64,000 bases of DNA from Selaginella moellendorffii (lineage: Eukaryota; Plantae; Lycopodiophyta), in NCBI RefSeq assembly GCF_000143415.4, contig NW_003314354.1, forward strand, positions 100,575 through 164,574. The letters are read 5' to 3'. The notes beneath the pieces were generated by a model that did not search any database, had not been told where the DNA came from, and saw nothing but the letters and a program-made list of their open reading frames with translations. The position numbers and the translations under genes are program-made. Below are positions 1 through 13,363 of the stretch, one piece after another. Positions within the stretch are counted from its first letter, which is position 1. The number at the start of each line of letters is the position of its first letter.

Positions 1-1130
1 TTGGAGGGTGACCATGCAGGGCGTGAATCCCACCTGTCCCCTGGCTCTACAGCCATTCGTCCTTGTCCATGTCACTAGGTGGTCAGCCACCTTTGCAAGG
101 AGCTTGGTGAAGATTGTTGATATCATAGGTGTGATGGTTCGACAGGAGTGTTGGGTCTCCTGCATAGTAGATCAAGACAACTCTGTTAATGTTCCATATG
201 GACGCTCCATTGTCTCATTGAAGAGTTGACACAAGATGGGGACCAACCAGTCGGCATCCAACGTTTGTAAAAACAGGGCTGTGAATCTGCATATGTCAGC
301 CACTTTCCAAACTCCTTCACCTAAGCTATGGTGATACCTAGCATCTCTGTCCACTAGAACTGTTCTGGCAATGTGCTCCCAAGCTTGTATATCTGTCATA
401 TATGCTGGATCTAAAGCTCTGCATTCTCAATGACTACTGGCAGTAAAATGAAGTGCCAATTACAGTAAATTGATAATACTTTCTTTCTTCTGTAAATAAT
501 ACTAAATTTTTATTATTTTGCAGATTAATAATGCAATATTGTGTATATAATATTATTTTACCATTTAATAAAACATTTCAAAATAATCTTTTTGATATGT
601 CCACATAATATTGAGTTTAAAAATTGAACTTTATGCAAAAAATAATCAGAAAAACCTGCATTAAAAATTATTTGAGCAATTTGACATTTTAGTAATATTA
701 ACAGAATGAATTACTAATGCATAATAAATTAAATACTTATTAGATATTATTTTACATTCATAGACTGGGCTTTAAGTAAATCCTTTAAGTTTTTTATTAA
801 TACTTCTTTTATTGACCATTTTAGACCTCTAAATATATAATTATCTTTTGTATTTCAATTTGAACAATATCCAATAGTAAAATGTTATATTCTTATTACA
901 ATATCCACCATCAATATCTATTAGAATTTGAGTTAGATACTATATAGTTTTCATATTCATTGATAATGGTGTTAATATCATTTTCAGTAAGTATATTATT
1001 TCTCCCTCATATTAAATTTATTATTCCAAAAATAAATTTTATTTAAGAAATAAAAATATTATTTAAATATGATCCATTTAATATTTACACATATAAAGGA
1101 AAAATAATAGTGATTAAATAAATATTATAT

Positions 1131-1306
1131 TGTGAGGTCCAAGTGTACGGCTACAATGCTATATCCTAATATTAGCATAGTGTGATTTTGGTAGTCATCA
1201 GATTGGTTTTAATTTGGACTAGTCATTCCTATATATAAACTAAAGTTTTTGGGTTAATTAATATGCACATTTTTTGTATTCCCTTTCCATATTTCATACA
1301 TTCATA
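1131..1306 (+). repeat. Family A LTR (5')
   Basis: Starts TGTGAGGTCC; similar to 23688-23860, 35337-35510 and the reverse complement of 63657-63820; followed by a PBS-like sequence. Confidence 0.8.
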
Positions 1307-3052
1307 TTAGTGGAATTAAGGGGTAATTTTGATTGTCCCTAAGGAGTGTTTGGATTTGGGATTTTGGTTTAAATCTTGCTTTTACATCGTTTAGATTTAG
1401 TTTTTTCTATTTCCTATTTTTTGTTCTTTCCTTTCGGGATTTTAGATTAAATTTAACTTTGTATTGTCTAAATCTCCTTTTCCTTCTAACTTTTTTTTTT
1501 TAATTTTCTTTTGCTCTTTCCTTTTTATTCATCTTTATGGCAGAGCAATAGTCTCCTCCTCCTTTGATTCTATAGTAGCAGTTAGTGCAATTGCTTGATG
1601 CTATGTGATTGCAGTTGAACAATCAAACTCAGTTGATGGCGGGATTCACAATATATGGTATAACTCCTCCTACTCTTGATGTTAATCCTCGTGTTCAGCC
1701 AAAGTTTTTTTGTGGGAATCTTAGGGATGATGTGTACTATTGGTTTAATCACTTCACAATGATTGCCACATATTATTCTTGGGATGATGCTCGATGTTTA
1801 CATGAGTTTTCCACGTGTCTCCAAGGGATAGTGCTGCAGTGGTATAATAGTTTAAGTGCAGCCACTTATGGGGATTGAAGTATTCTCTCAGATGTTTTCA
1901 AATATGCATTCAGATATGTTAACGATTGTGATGATGCCTTCCAACAATTGTATCATTTTTGTCAAGGACCATCTACATCGGTGATGCAATTTAGCATTCA
2001 TTTTTAAAGCTTCTTGTTTCGTGCAAAGCAAATTATGTCAGAGTAAATCAAGCTGGGAATGTTGTGGCCAGCACTTCATCAAAATTTTGTAAAACTTGTG
2101 TATGCACTTGCTTCAACCACCCTTGATAATGCCCTTCACTTGGCACAATGTTATGAGACATCGTTTCTTTCACTTCTCACTGCACGTCCTTCAACTCCAC
2201 TTCTTGTGGGAGATGGTCCTGTTCCAATGGAGGTTAATGTTACTATTGCTCGAGTTCAAGGACATAGGCAAGGACGTGGTTGTGGCCGTGATGTTCATTG
2301 CTAAGCGTGTGATGAAGTTGGTCACACTTATCGACATTGTCGGCATTTTCCGGATTGGTGGCTTCCATTTCCTGGGTGGAGACATTGGCATCAACAATGT
2401 CTTGTTGGTGTTGTTGCAGTGAAAGGTTTGGACACTAAAATGCATTCAAGAAACAAGGAGTCGCACAAATTATGGAGGGACCTTGCGCGAATAAGTCAGT
2501 GACCCCTCCATTTTTCTTTTGGAAGTATCATCAAGGGGTTCACTCGGCACTAGTTTATTTAGTGTTTATTTTCTAAGTTCATTTTTATAACAAGTGGTCT
2601 CCTATTATTCTCTTCATGTTGGTTGATACAGATTTGAGTTTATCTTCTATTACTTGATTTGTTGCCACACATTGCTATTTATGTTTGTGTCATGTGGTAA
2701 AGATAGTTTCATTTTTTATGGCAATGGCTATACACATGCATGTGCTTGGGATGAGGTAGATCTAGTTATGCATATGGGCGATTTTGAGCTTGGATTGCAG
2801 TCATTATGGGTGGTGCCGAGTCAAGCTTTTGACCTCATCCTTGGTATGGATTGGTTGTGGCACAATCATGCCAAGTGTGACTTTGAAGTTTTTCCCCCTT
2901 GTCTTATACTTTTTTATATATATCATCCATTTCTCTCACTTCTATACCTTTTCGTCTCTTTACTTTTATCTTTGCTTCCATTACTTTTGTCTCCCTATCA
3001 CTTTCTCTTATGTTTCCATCTTGTTCTACTCTTTCCTTTTTTGATTCCTCCA

Positions 3053-6000
3053 TGTCACGAATGTGACTTCAGGTATCGAAAGTTACCTATTGACTAGTCC
3101 TTTTAGATATTCTTTCCTTATTGCCACGATGGTAGGAGGTTGGTATTGCTGGACCCATTATCAGTCTCCGCCTAAGCTAGTTGAGAAACTGGTCCTCGCG
3201 TGTGCACTTGACTAGATGAGCATAAGGAAGGAATTCCTAAGTGTCTATTTAGTCAAGCATAATTGACCTGGTTAGAGAAACTCATTCATTGACTTGCATT
3301 TGCTAGTGTTGGGAACCCCCATGATATTAAGCTTGGTCCCTCAATATTCGCTAGATGATAGTTTACCGTGTCTGCCAAACACCCTTGCTATCATGCCCTT
3401 TGTGTTAGTCTCATTTCGGTCTCAAATGCTATTTATGGAAAAGTGTCCAGATTTGCTCGTTTGGCATATCTACGGAATGTAGAGATTGGCCTGAACACAA
3501 TGGTGTTCGTTCCGTGTCCAAATTCACAATCTAGGGACATTCCATATTTAGTAAGTTTCAAGCTTGTCCCAGAGACTAACTCCTAATACTAAAGGAGGCT
3601 TGGGGTGAAATCCCAAAGCATGTGTTCCTCAAGAGAAGGGGAGGGGGGGGGGGGGGGGGTTCCATTCCATGCTAGCTGGTGGAGTACCCATATCCTCACG
3701 TTAGGCCACTGGTATGCCGAAATAGCACTAAATTCCGTTTGGCTCTGTTTTGCATGTTAGTTTTGGCATTAAGTTACTTTGGGCTCCTGTCCCTTCGCTC
3801 CTTGGGCTATATGCTTGGGAGTTGCTCCGTGGTTCGGTTCCATCACTCCTTGGCTCCATGCTTGGGTCTTACAAATGGTAAGTTGTGGGATGGATAGTGG
3901 TGAAACACTAAACCATTTTGTCTAGGCTCGCTATTGGAAGACTTGGGTTGCAATGCTCAATTCTTCAAGGCATGCTCAGAGCTAGTGGCTAAATGTTTTA
4001 GTGAACTTATTGCAGTTGAGTTGGATTCAAGTGGTTATTTAGTTTGTGCTTGTCTATGAACTTTTATCTCACACCTGGGGTATCACATTCATGTTGGACA
4101 AGAATATAACTTGATGACAAGAGTTAGTGTTTGGGTTTTGTGAATGCAAGTTGAGGAGTGATTGTTAGTTGCTTTGCGACTAGTGATTACTTGTAAACTC
4201 CATCAAAGGATTGTTGACACTTGCTTTGCTCAGTGATGATTTAGCAATGATGGGCTTGCTTTACTTGGTGGTGTTGCGGAGGATTGTGTCGTGGCTTGCG
4301 TGGGTTTTCTATGTTAGCATATCGACTCTACCTCTATCGATATCATTTGGTTACATTTAGTTCATAGTGTTGGATTTCATTGAGTCTTGGATGTGGTGAA
4401 TCACTCCTTGATGACATATTATCTGAAACTGAGTATTGTTAAAGGATTAGTCTCGGATACTGACTAAAGTATCTTCGACTTTGGTTAGCTTGGTCGCTAA
4501 AAAGTTTTGGGTGGTGAATCACTCTTGCTTTCTTTTAGTTTTGTTATGGTGTTGATGGCATTGAAGTGATGCTTTGTCATTAACATTATTGATGTTAAGA
4601 TTCAAGTGAGATGAGATGTTACTCCTTAGGATTGACATTGAGTTTCATTAGTCTTGATGAAGATAGTGTTGATGATTTAGTTATGGCTTTGTGTTATCGG
4701 CATTCTTGCATTTGCTAATTAACAACTGTGTTGATGTTCAAATGAACTGAGTGACAAGTTGAGTTAGTTGTATTCTAGATAAGATTGCTTAGTAAGGGTT
4801 GAACTTCGGCTTTTATTTGAAAAGTGATTTAATCATGGACTATACTAACTTTATGAGAGGAAGAATTAGTGTTCGATATTAAACTATTTGAGTCTTTATT
4901 GGATTCGAGTTCGGGATATATTGCTTATTAATGATTCTTCTTGTGCTTGTTATGAAGTGAGTTACGTCTTGCTATAAATGGATTCATGGAGGTTCATTTA
5001 GTAATCACTTGTTGGGCATAGCTTTATTGTGCTTAGCTTTTGGATTGATGTAGAAATGTTCTTCATTAGCTTTGGCATTATGAAGTTTGGCTTATGGATG
5101 TGTTGATGAAGATATTGTGGGTTGCATCACAATTTCTTCTTTAGCATTGAAGTTAGCTTCTATGAGATTTGTGATCATTATTAGGCAAGACTTGATTATA
5201 AGTTTCTTCAAGCTTTTGGTTCTTTGAGTTTTGTGCTCATTGTTCCATTTGTTTGAAGTTGTTGGGGAAGGCATTTTGGCTCATTAGCTTCGATGTTGAA
5301 GTTAGCTTTTGCATCTAGCCATCATTGGTGATGATTGACTATCATCTAGGATAATTAATTATCCTTATCAAAAAGTTTTGCTTGATTATTGTTGGTATAG
5401 AATGATTTGTCATTCTTCAGGATGGTGGATTCCTTTTTAGCCGATGATTCTGCATCTCTTTATTGATGGGATGATTGATGATCTTTCATGATGGTTAGTT
5501 GATCTTTTTGATGGCTTATGGCTTTTCGTAATACCACATATTCTTTGTGGTTTGTTCTGAATTAGTCTCTTGGGTTTGAGATATCAATAGGATGTTACTG
5601 ACATTTGCTTAAGCAACTTTGGTTCCTTGGTATTGTTGACCGGGATCTATTTAGATTGACTTGTGTGATGGTTGGCATGACTAAGTGTTTGTTGGTCTTA
5701 CCACATTTATTATGTTTTGTTGATTGTTGCTCGAGTTAGTCTTGATAGATTAGGATGTTATTTCCTTTGGGTGATACATTCGCGAGCATTGTGCTTGTCG
5801 GTTAAGGATACTTTGTGTTCTTTGAGTTATCTTTCGTAAATTGTTTAGCATATTGTCTACAATCTTCGGTAGTTAAGTTTTCTCATTGAGTTTACTTGAT
5901 GATATAATTGCTATTAAATTTTATTAGATGGTGAATCCTTTGTTTTCCAAAGATTGTGATCTTGGTGGTTCCTATACTGTAATACTAGTTTATTGGATGA

Positions 6001-7794
6001 TAACTTACTTGGAATACTTTTGTGTTCTAATCTAAGATATATTCACTGATAATTAAATCTCTATGATATCATTGTTTATGACTTTGATATAGTCCATTTA
6101 TTGATCTTTGAGTTTGGGCCAGTATAGGCAGACTGGCTTCGACACTTCGTGTGCATGGTGAAATCTTTAGTCATGGGGTAGCTACTGTCGATTGGTCACA
6201 TAACCCGCCTCTCTGTCAATGTTCTTTATTCTGTTGAAAGGGCGTGACCGTGTAAACAACTCTAACTACATGTTTACAGTAGTCTATCTAAACCTTACTG
6301 ATGGGTTTAGTTTCTTTGCTTAGGAGGGTTAGGACCTCTGGCTTCTCTCTCTATGTCCCTGTGGGCAGAGCGTATCACACTTTTGTAGTTGGGTGACACC
6401 CAGAGCAGCAAGGGTGTTTGACTCTGTTAGTCATTTCCTTGTCGGTGACAGCCGGAACGTGTCTGAGCTAGTAGCGCATCCGCGTTAGACAAAGAGGTTG
6501 CCTCCTAACTCATTTAAGTTGGTGCATTTATCACATAGTGTGAGTACCGTGAACTTTTTCTAGAGTTGTTTCCTTGGCAGTATTCTAGACTCGAGTATGC
6601 ATTGACGAGGACGTCGATCTTCCCTAAGGGGGGGAGAGTGTCGCGAATGTGACTTCGGGTATCGAAAGTTACCTGTCGACTAGTCCTTTTGGATTTTCTT
6701 TCCTTACTGCCACGATAGCAGGAGGTCGGTATTGCTGGACCTGTTATCAGTCTCCGCCTAAGCTAGTTGAGAAACTGGTCCTCGCGTGTGCACTTGACCA
6801 GATGAGCATAAGGAAGGAATTCCTAAGTGTCTATTTAGTCAAGCATAATTGACCTGGTTAGAGAAACTCATTCATTGACTTGCATTTGCTAGTGTTGGGA
6901 ACCCCCATGATATTAAGCTTGGTCCCTCAATATTCGCTAGATGATAGTTTACCGTGTCTGCCAAACACCCTTGCTATCATGCCCTTTGTGTTAGTCTCAT
7001 TTCGGTCTCAAATGCTATTTATGGAAAGTGTCCAGATTTGCTCATTTGGCATATCTACGAAATGTAGAGATTGGCCTGAACACAATGGTGTTTGTTCCGT
7101 GTCCAAATTCATAATCTAGGGACATTCCATATTTAATAAGTTTCAAGCTTGTCCCAGAGACTAACTCCTAATACTAAAGGAGGCTTGGGGTGAAATCCCA
7201 AAGCATGTGTTCCTCAAGGGAAGGGGGGGGGGGGGGGGCTATGGGGGGTTCCAAATGTATAGTAGGGATAGTGGGTAGGTCGGGCATGGCCGACCAACCT
7301 GAGGCATAGTCTAGCTCCTGCTTGCGTGCCTGTCCTTGTTCTGCGTCCGGCTTGGGTTTAAGCCCAAGTTCCATTCCATGCTAGCTGGTGGAGTACCCAT
7401 ATCCTCACGTTAGGCCACCGGTATGCCGAAATAGCGCCAGACTCCGTTTGGCTCCGTTTTGCATGCTAGTCCTGGCATTAGGATGCTGGTTGCTCCAAGA
7501 CTGTTCCAAGTTGCTCCGGGCTCCTGTCCCTTCACTCCTTGGGCTGTATGCTCGGGAGTTGCTCTGTGGTTCGGTTCCATCACTCTTTGGCTCCATGCTT
7601 GGGAGTTTAGCACCGTTCCTTCATTCAGTGGCCCAAGGCCCTGAACCTCGGGTTCCACACCACTGTCCTTTGGACACATGGCATGTGACATGTGGCATCT
7701 GTCATGTGGCACAAAGAGGGTTTAGGTTCCGCTTCATGGTGTTATCCTATGGTAAATCACCATAAGATAAAGGGTAAAAACCACGTGCGTTACA
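3053..7794 (+). mobile_element. Non-autonomous LTR element, family C (internally deleted copy)
   Basis: TG...CA ends with 5-bp TSD CTCCA (3048-3052, 7795-7799). 3' LTR 6639-7794 is preceded by PPT AAGGGGGGGAGAG. 5' LTR from 3053 is truncated by deletions. Interior is homologous to the reverse complement of parts of 51897-56170. No long ORF. Confidence 0.92.
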
Positions 7795-9605
7795 CTCCAA
7801 TAGTCTTTGTGTTGCAATGGTTGACCGGCTTATAAAGAGTATGCCAATCTCTTTGAATTTGACTTATCATCTGGGGCTAAAATTGCCATACATCATCTAA
7901 TTCCCACCAAAGGTGCTTGTCTAATCAAGGTTCCTGTTCATCATTAGTCACCCAAAGAGATCAAGATTTTACATGCAAACGTAAAAAAAATGTTGGAAAA
8001 AAGGTGTTATTTGAAAGTTGTGGAGTCCTTGGGTATGTGAAGCTCATTTTGTGATGAAGTTTAATGGGAGTATTTGCTTTTGCATCAACTATTGTCCATT
8101 AAACGAAGTAATGATTCTAGATGTGTACCCTCTTCCTCACACTACTGATCTCTTAGATCGTCTGAAGAGAAGTGTTCACCAAGTTAGATCTTATTTCTGG
8201 ATATTAGCAAGTATTGATGGCCGAAGAAGATATTCTTAAGATTGCTTTTTGTACACCATTTGATTTGTATGAGTTTTTGGTGATGCCATTTGGTTTAAAC
8301 AATGCTTTAATGGCTTTTTAGCTGATAATGGATAAGGTTCTTTATTAATGTCATTTGGTTTGAACAATGCTTTAGCAACTTTCTAATAGATGATGAATGA
8401 GGTTCTTTGTAATATGCCAAAGGTGACTGCTAACTTCATTGATAATGTCTTGATTCACTTAGAGGGGATGTAGAAGGAATATATCCATAATGTTCGTAAA
8501 GTGTTGGATCGGCTATGAGAAGTTGGTCTAAAGCTGAAGTGGTTGAAGCACGTGTTTGGGTCTAATGATACCACTTATCTTGGGTACCGTATTTCTTGTG
8601 AGGCTTTATAAGTTGATCTTGAAAAATTTATGGCTATTCTAAAGTTCCTTACTCTAAACTGTGTGAATGATGTACAATGCTTCCTAGGCAAGGTATAGTA
8701 TCTTGGTCATTTTTTTGATCATTTTTCTGATCACACTGCATTATTATGAGCATTGCTGAAGTCATCAGCATCATCTTTCATTTGGTCTACAGACTATGAG
8801 TGAGCATTCATGGATCTCAAAGAGCTATTGATGACTTCTCGGTTTTGGCATGTCCTGACTACACTTGACCTTTCATTTTGTGTGTGGATGCTTTTAATAT
8901 TTGTTTTAGAGGTGTGTTGATGCAAGAAAGCTCGAGTGTGCTTGGTTAGTGCCATCCCATTGCATATATAAGTTGTATATTACAACTAACGGAGGCAAAT
9001 TACTCTATAATAGAGGAGAGTTTAGCAACAATCTGGGGTTTCAGAAAACTTTATGTATATCTACATAGTTCTTGAATGTTACTGAAAGGTGATCATGCTG
9101 ACGTTACTTCGTTATTAAAGCAGAAGAACTTGGTTGGTTGTATTGCTTGGTGGGATTTGAAGCTTTAGATATATGATTTTGATGTTGTTTATTGTTTATG
9201 AGTTTTATGGCTAATGTTGGTGCCCTTTCTCGATCTCCTCTTCCTTATTTACTCTCTTCTCATATTTCTGACGAGCTTATTATTCCAGCATTTATGAATT
9301 TTTTATATAAGGATTTTATGCTATTGGTGGTTGCTATATTTAATGTTAAGTGTCCACAAGGTGTAGAACAAGATTTACCTTCTCTTGATGAGGTTTATGA
9401 GGCTCAAAAGATTGAGCAATAGATTCAAAGGGTTTGTGATGGTTTGAGAATCCTGCATTACTTATTGATGATTTACCATTTTAGCATTTATATTCTCAAT
9501 ATTGTCTTGAGAATAGTCTTCTTTATTTTGGGGATGGATCTTGATGATTATTTACGGCTAGTAGTGCTTTCAATTTTTATTCTGTGGATTCTCTATTCTA
9601 GGAGG

Positions 9606-9629
9606 AAGCTCTATTTCGTTAAAGTGGGA
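9606..9629 (+). repeat. Left TIR
   Basis: Exact inverted match to 21833-21856. Confidence 0.95.
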
Positions 9630-10294
9630 TTTATTCAGTAAAATGGGACTAGGTACAAATTTTTAAGTATTTGAAAATGACGTGAAATTATATGTTTTTT
9701 GTCCAGGGGCTAGACATATCTGGGGCATGGTGACTAGCGCGGTGACTTTGTGTCCAGACTGAGTCCATCTGGTTGTATAATAAATCTCATTGTCAAGGTG
9801 AACAAGCCGAATCTGAAGCTAAAGAAGAGCGATGGCATGCGCGCACACACTATTTGTTTGTTCATTGAGCGTGTGGTGAGCTTTCCAAGATGAACGTCAT
9901 TCCTATTAGCCAGACATATAACTTAATGGTGAGAACATTTAGATATTATTCAATGTTATCTTTTTCTAACGAATCTAATTGTGAAGGTGTAGCAAGAGGC
10001 ATTGCTAGTCTGGAGAAGTCATTTAACTCATTTGACCCTTAGTGTATTTTCATGAAACTAAATAACATTCATATTATTAAGGAATTTCTCTAGTACCTTT
10101 TTTTTACGACATAGAGGCTTGCATTTCTTTCAAAGGTGATTTAGTAAAAGGCCTGAGGGCACATGCCATTCTATTTCTCAGACCGGTATTAAGATATACT
10201 AGTGCAAAGGGCTACATGCCATCACGCCTCCTCTGATTCAGATTCGGATTGTTCACCTTGAAATAAAATACATTAGAAACTTAGTAAAGGAATA

Positions 10295-13200
10295 TTAATG
10301 AATCTCACCTTGACCCCGGGTTATGAATGCTCTTGCTGCATCTCTTGCATGGTCTGGCAAGGTGATGGTGGCACTTTGCTTCCGCATCCAACCATGCACA
10401 ACATTATCCACCGATATGCTCATGCTGGGATCCCTTGGATTCAGCACCCATCTCTTTTCTAGGCAATCCTTCGTATATCCGGAACTTGGCTTGAACCACT
10501 CCACAGTTACATTGAAGGAGTTAGTTTCCGCGTCCTCCTCTGCATCAGTGATGCAGCGCCCCACCCATATCATTTGTTTTTTATTACTGGGTCTGACAAG
10601 CATGACCATTCCTTTGCAGACCTGTACTGGATTGAATGCTGAATCCGGCTTCTTGTTCCTCGGCCCACAATAGTGATCCTCAACATCGTTATCTGTCACT
10701 GCATTTCCAGAGGACATTGTTCCGCTACTATCTGGTGCTCTGGGTTCTGGCCAAAAGGACTCTTCCAATTCTTCATATACAACCGGCCCATTTTGGATAG
10801 CAGATATAATCTTCTCCCAGTATTCGAGCAAAGGCTTGCACCTCTTAAAATAGGATTCTCCACCAAACACCAACCCCCTCTTCCAGAAGGCAATATGTTG
10901 TCTAATCCCGGCCACTATACTTTCCTGGTCTTTGAGTCCATCCGGGTGCATCGGCCGTGGGGAACCCTGAGGAATCATAGGTTCCCCAGTTATGGGATCT
11001 CTCTTGAAGAGTTCAATGCCGTCCACTGGCAGCCACACTGTGTCCCATTCTCTCATCTTGTACCTCATCACTGGAGCACCATCACGCATGCTGAAATGAA
11101 ACTGAAGAGGCTTGGAGTGGCCAATCAGCGTTTCGGATCCGTCCCTGATGTAGCCTCTTACAAACCCCTTAAAGTCTGGAACCTCTGTCACAAGTGCAGC
11201 TTCAATAGTGCCTTTGATGCAATTTTGGAATTCATCGTAGAGTTGTGGGAGGGTGAGGACATTGGATCGCCGGAGGGACTCTGCCAGGTGACTGAACATG
11301 GCATCGACGTCTTCATGAGTGTGCCCAAACATGAGAAAGCCAAGTGTAACCGTTTCAAATATGCCTTTGGCAACAAGCATCGCCAAGTACGCGAAGACGT
11401 ACATGTTTTTGTTCTCACTGCCAGCATTCTCTGTTTGGAGCAGAAGATGGGGTGGAAGGCCACATCGGCCGCAAGAACTTCCTTGAGATTCTGCTTCGTT
11501 TGGATGAGGCTGTGCATTCACCGGGCGACCAGCCTCGTCGGAATGGCATGAGGCCTCACGTGATAACCCTACAATTTGACGGCCAACATATTCACTGGGA
11601 TGGTATGGGGCCCCACGCGATACTGCAAGCCTTTGCTCCTCCTCCAGCTGAACCCTGTATGGGGTTCGATCGACAAGGGCCTTATGCAAGGGTTGGCCGT
11701 TCAGCTTAGTCTGCGCACTTTGCAGAGACCTTAAGTGTTTTGCTAGGGACGCAATCATCATGTTTGCACCCCCGCCACCCCATAGAGGTACAAAGAAGTT
11801 CCCATAGTTCTGGGCACCATGCCCATGAGCGATTATGCCAAACAGAGACACAGGCAGCTGCATGGATGAAGAGATTGCCTTGAGGGCAGGATTGAGTCGA
11901 GGTAAGCACGTCTTTTTCTGGTCCATTTTGTCGTGGATGATGCAGAGGTAAGAGTCAGGTCTCTCCATGGAGAGAATCCTGTTATGATAATATGCAGTCC
12001 TGCAGCTTCTCTGCTCGATGTTGTGGTCGAGCCGCCTTCTAACCAACGTCTCTCGCTCTTGAGCGCTGCAAGAATTCTTCGACAAAGCCATTTTGATAGC
12101 AGTGCACTCGTCACACTTTGAAAAGCTGGAGTACTTTCCTATACTCACATCCCTGAACCTGTTGCTCCACAATCTACTAAATCTAGATTGGCTCAGCTTC
12201 CTGTAGCCATTACTCTGGAGTTCCCGATTCACATCTTCCAATATGGCCCCCTTGGTATACATGGAAGGGAGAACTCGTTGGGTGTCTCGTGTTCCATCTT
12301 CCAAGAGGTGGGTTTTATGTGGTTGCTGCTCGCTACATGTCTCGACAAACCTCTTGAAGATTGCCTCTCCATATACAACATGACCCCTGGTTTTGTGCGT
12401 ACCGTCGTTCCCATGGACTGCCTGTTGAACCCTTTGTTCCTCGAACTCAGTTTTGATTCTGTAGAATGTGGTTCGAGGGACTCCATAAATGATTCTCCAT
12501 GCCTTCATGCAGACCAAACCCCTCTGGAAGACCATGCCCCCCACCTGATGTTCTGAAGCATCAACAGATGACCGTAATGCCTCATACACAAAATTGCGAG
12601 CTGCCTTCCAGGACAATGTCTTGTATCTTGCTCTCTCCTCTTCAATAGCATCCCAATCAGCATGTTGACAGCACCTCCTCTTGCAACAAGCAACTGTCGA
12701 GACCATTCGAACCTCCATCGCCATTTTCTGCCTTTTCGGTTCGTTGCTCAGATCCCTTTGGCTGCGCTGTAGGAAGGTGTACTTTCTTTTCCCATGAAGA
12801 GATGTTCTGTCATCAGTTGTAGTGGTGTTTGATTGTGAATCCTTCACATTCTCAAACACTAAATGCCTCAATTTCCACCGCACAATGCTTCCAATAGTTA
12901 GACTGTTTTCTTCTGTGTCAACAACCTCTAAAATTGCAACTCCAATATCATCCCAGCCCAATTCTTGATTAGCAACCGCATCTCTTGGATCGACAACTGT
13001 GGCTAAGCCCTCAGCTACCACCTCCCCCTCGGGGTTGTTTAGAAACACCTTTGCCTGAATCCATGTAGCACGGTTCTTAAGATCCACGGAGGGAACATGC
13101 GTCGCACTTGCGCTGTCCCCAACATCTGCTTTCTTTTGCAGATTTTTCAAGGCAACAACAACATTTACCCCGACGACCATCTCTCCTCGTTCAATAGCGA

Positions 13201-13363
13201 CCACATTCCCATCGAAGACAGTCTCTACTGATACAGCAGCATTGCCTTCCCCAAGCCTTTGACAGTGTATAACAAAGTTCCGATCCATAGACACAAGGGT
13301 CCCTTTTGCAACTCTCTTCCCACCATTCAAAATGTAAACCTTTTCCCCAACCCTGAAAGCCAT
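10295..13363 (-). CDS. Sola-like DDD transposase, 1022 aa
   Basis: Motifs IIHDKMDQ, GGANMM, LQTENAGSENKN (usually LQxDN..ENKN) and FLMFGHTHEDVDAMFS; cysteine clusters CCKRRCC and FSKCDEC; two N-terminal VAxG...LG repeats resembling Tnp1/EnSpm-associated domains; lies inside a TIR element with a 4-bp TSD. Confidence 0.85.
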   Translation of the reverse strand: MAFRVGEKVYILNGGKRVAKGTLVSMDRNFVIHCQRLGEGNAAVSVETVFDGNVVAIERGEMVVGVNVVVALKNLQKKADVGDSASATHVPSVDLKNRATWIQAKVFLNNPEGEVVAEGLATVVDPRDAVANQELGWDDIGVAILEVVDTEENSLTIGSIVRWKLRHLVFENVKDSQSNTTTTDDRTSLHGKRKYTFLQRSQRDLSNEPKRQKMAMEVRMVSTVACCKRRCCQHADWDAIEEERARYKTLSWKAARNFVYEALRSSVDASEHQVGGMVFQRGLVCMKAWRIIYGVPRTTFYRIKTEFEEQRVQQAVHGNDGTHKTRGHVVYGEAIFKRFVETCSEQQPHKTHLLEDGTRDTQRVLPSMYTKGAILEDVNRELQSNGYRKLSQSRFSRLWSNRFRDVSIGKYSSFSKCDECTAIKMALSKNSCSAQERETLVRRRLDHNIEQRSCRTAYYHNRILSMERPDSYLCIIHDKMDQKKTCLPRLNPALKAISSSMQLPVSLFGIIAHGHGAQNYGNFFVPLWGGGGANMMIASLAKHLRSLQSAQTKLNGQPLHKALVDRTPYRVQLEEEQRLAVSRGAPYHPSEYVGRQIVGLSREASCHSDEAGRPVNAQPHPNEAESQGSSCGRCGLPPHLLLQTENAGSENKNMYVFAYLAMLVAKGIFETVTLGFLMFGHTHEDVDAMFSHLAESLRRSNVLTLPQLYDEFQNCIKGTIEAALVTEVPDFKGFVRGYIRDGSETLIGHSKPLQFHFSMRDGAPVMRYKMREWDTVWLPVDGIELFKRDPITGEPMIPQGSPRPMHPDGLKDQESIVAGIRQHIAFWKRGLVFGGESYFKRCKPLLEYWEKIISAIQNGPVVYEELEESFWPEPRAPDSSGTMSSGNAVTDNDVEDHYCGPRNKKPDSAFNPVQVCKGMVMLVRPSNKKQMIWVGRCITDAEEDAETNSFNVTVEWFKPSSGYTKDCLEKRWVLNPRDPSMSISVDNVVHGWMRKQSATITLPDHARDAARAFITRGQGEIH

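Noticed and set aside
1-400. Short ORFs with a faint integrase-like stretch (VLVDRDAR, FTALFLQTL)
   Set aside because: Too degenerate, and truncated by the window edge, to assign.
1121-1130. Same AATATTATAT flank at the family A LTRs at 1131 and 63820, suggesting a large inverted duplication
   Set aside because: The match covers only ~11 AT-rich bases and the flanks diverge beyond that.
7672-7712. ATGGCATGTGACATGTGGCAT in family C LTRs as a copy of the transposon palindrome
   Set aside because: It shares only one arm and lacks the GGCC centre and the dyad partner.
10323-12556. Plus-strand ORFs (116, 292, 122 aa) opposite the transposase
   Set aside because: Antisense shadows with no recognisable motifs.
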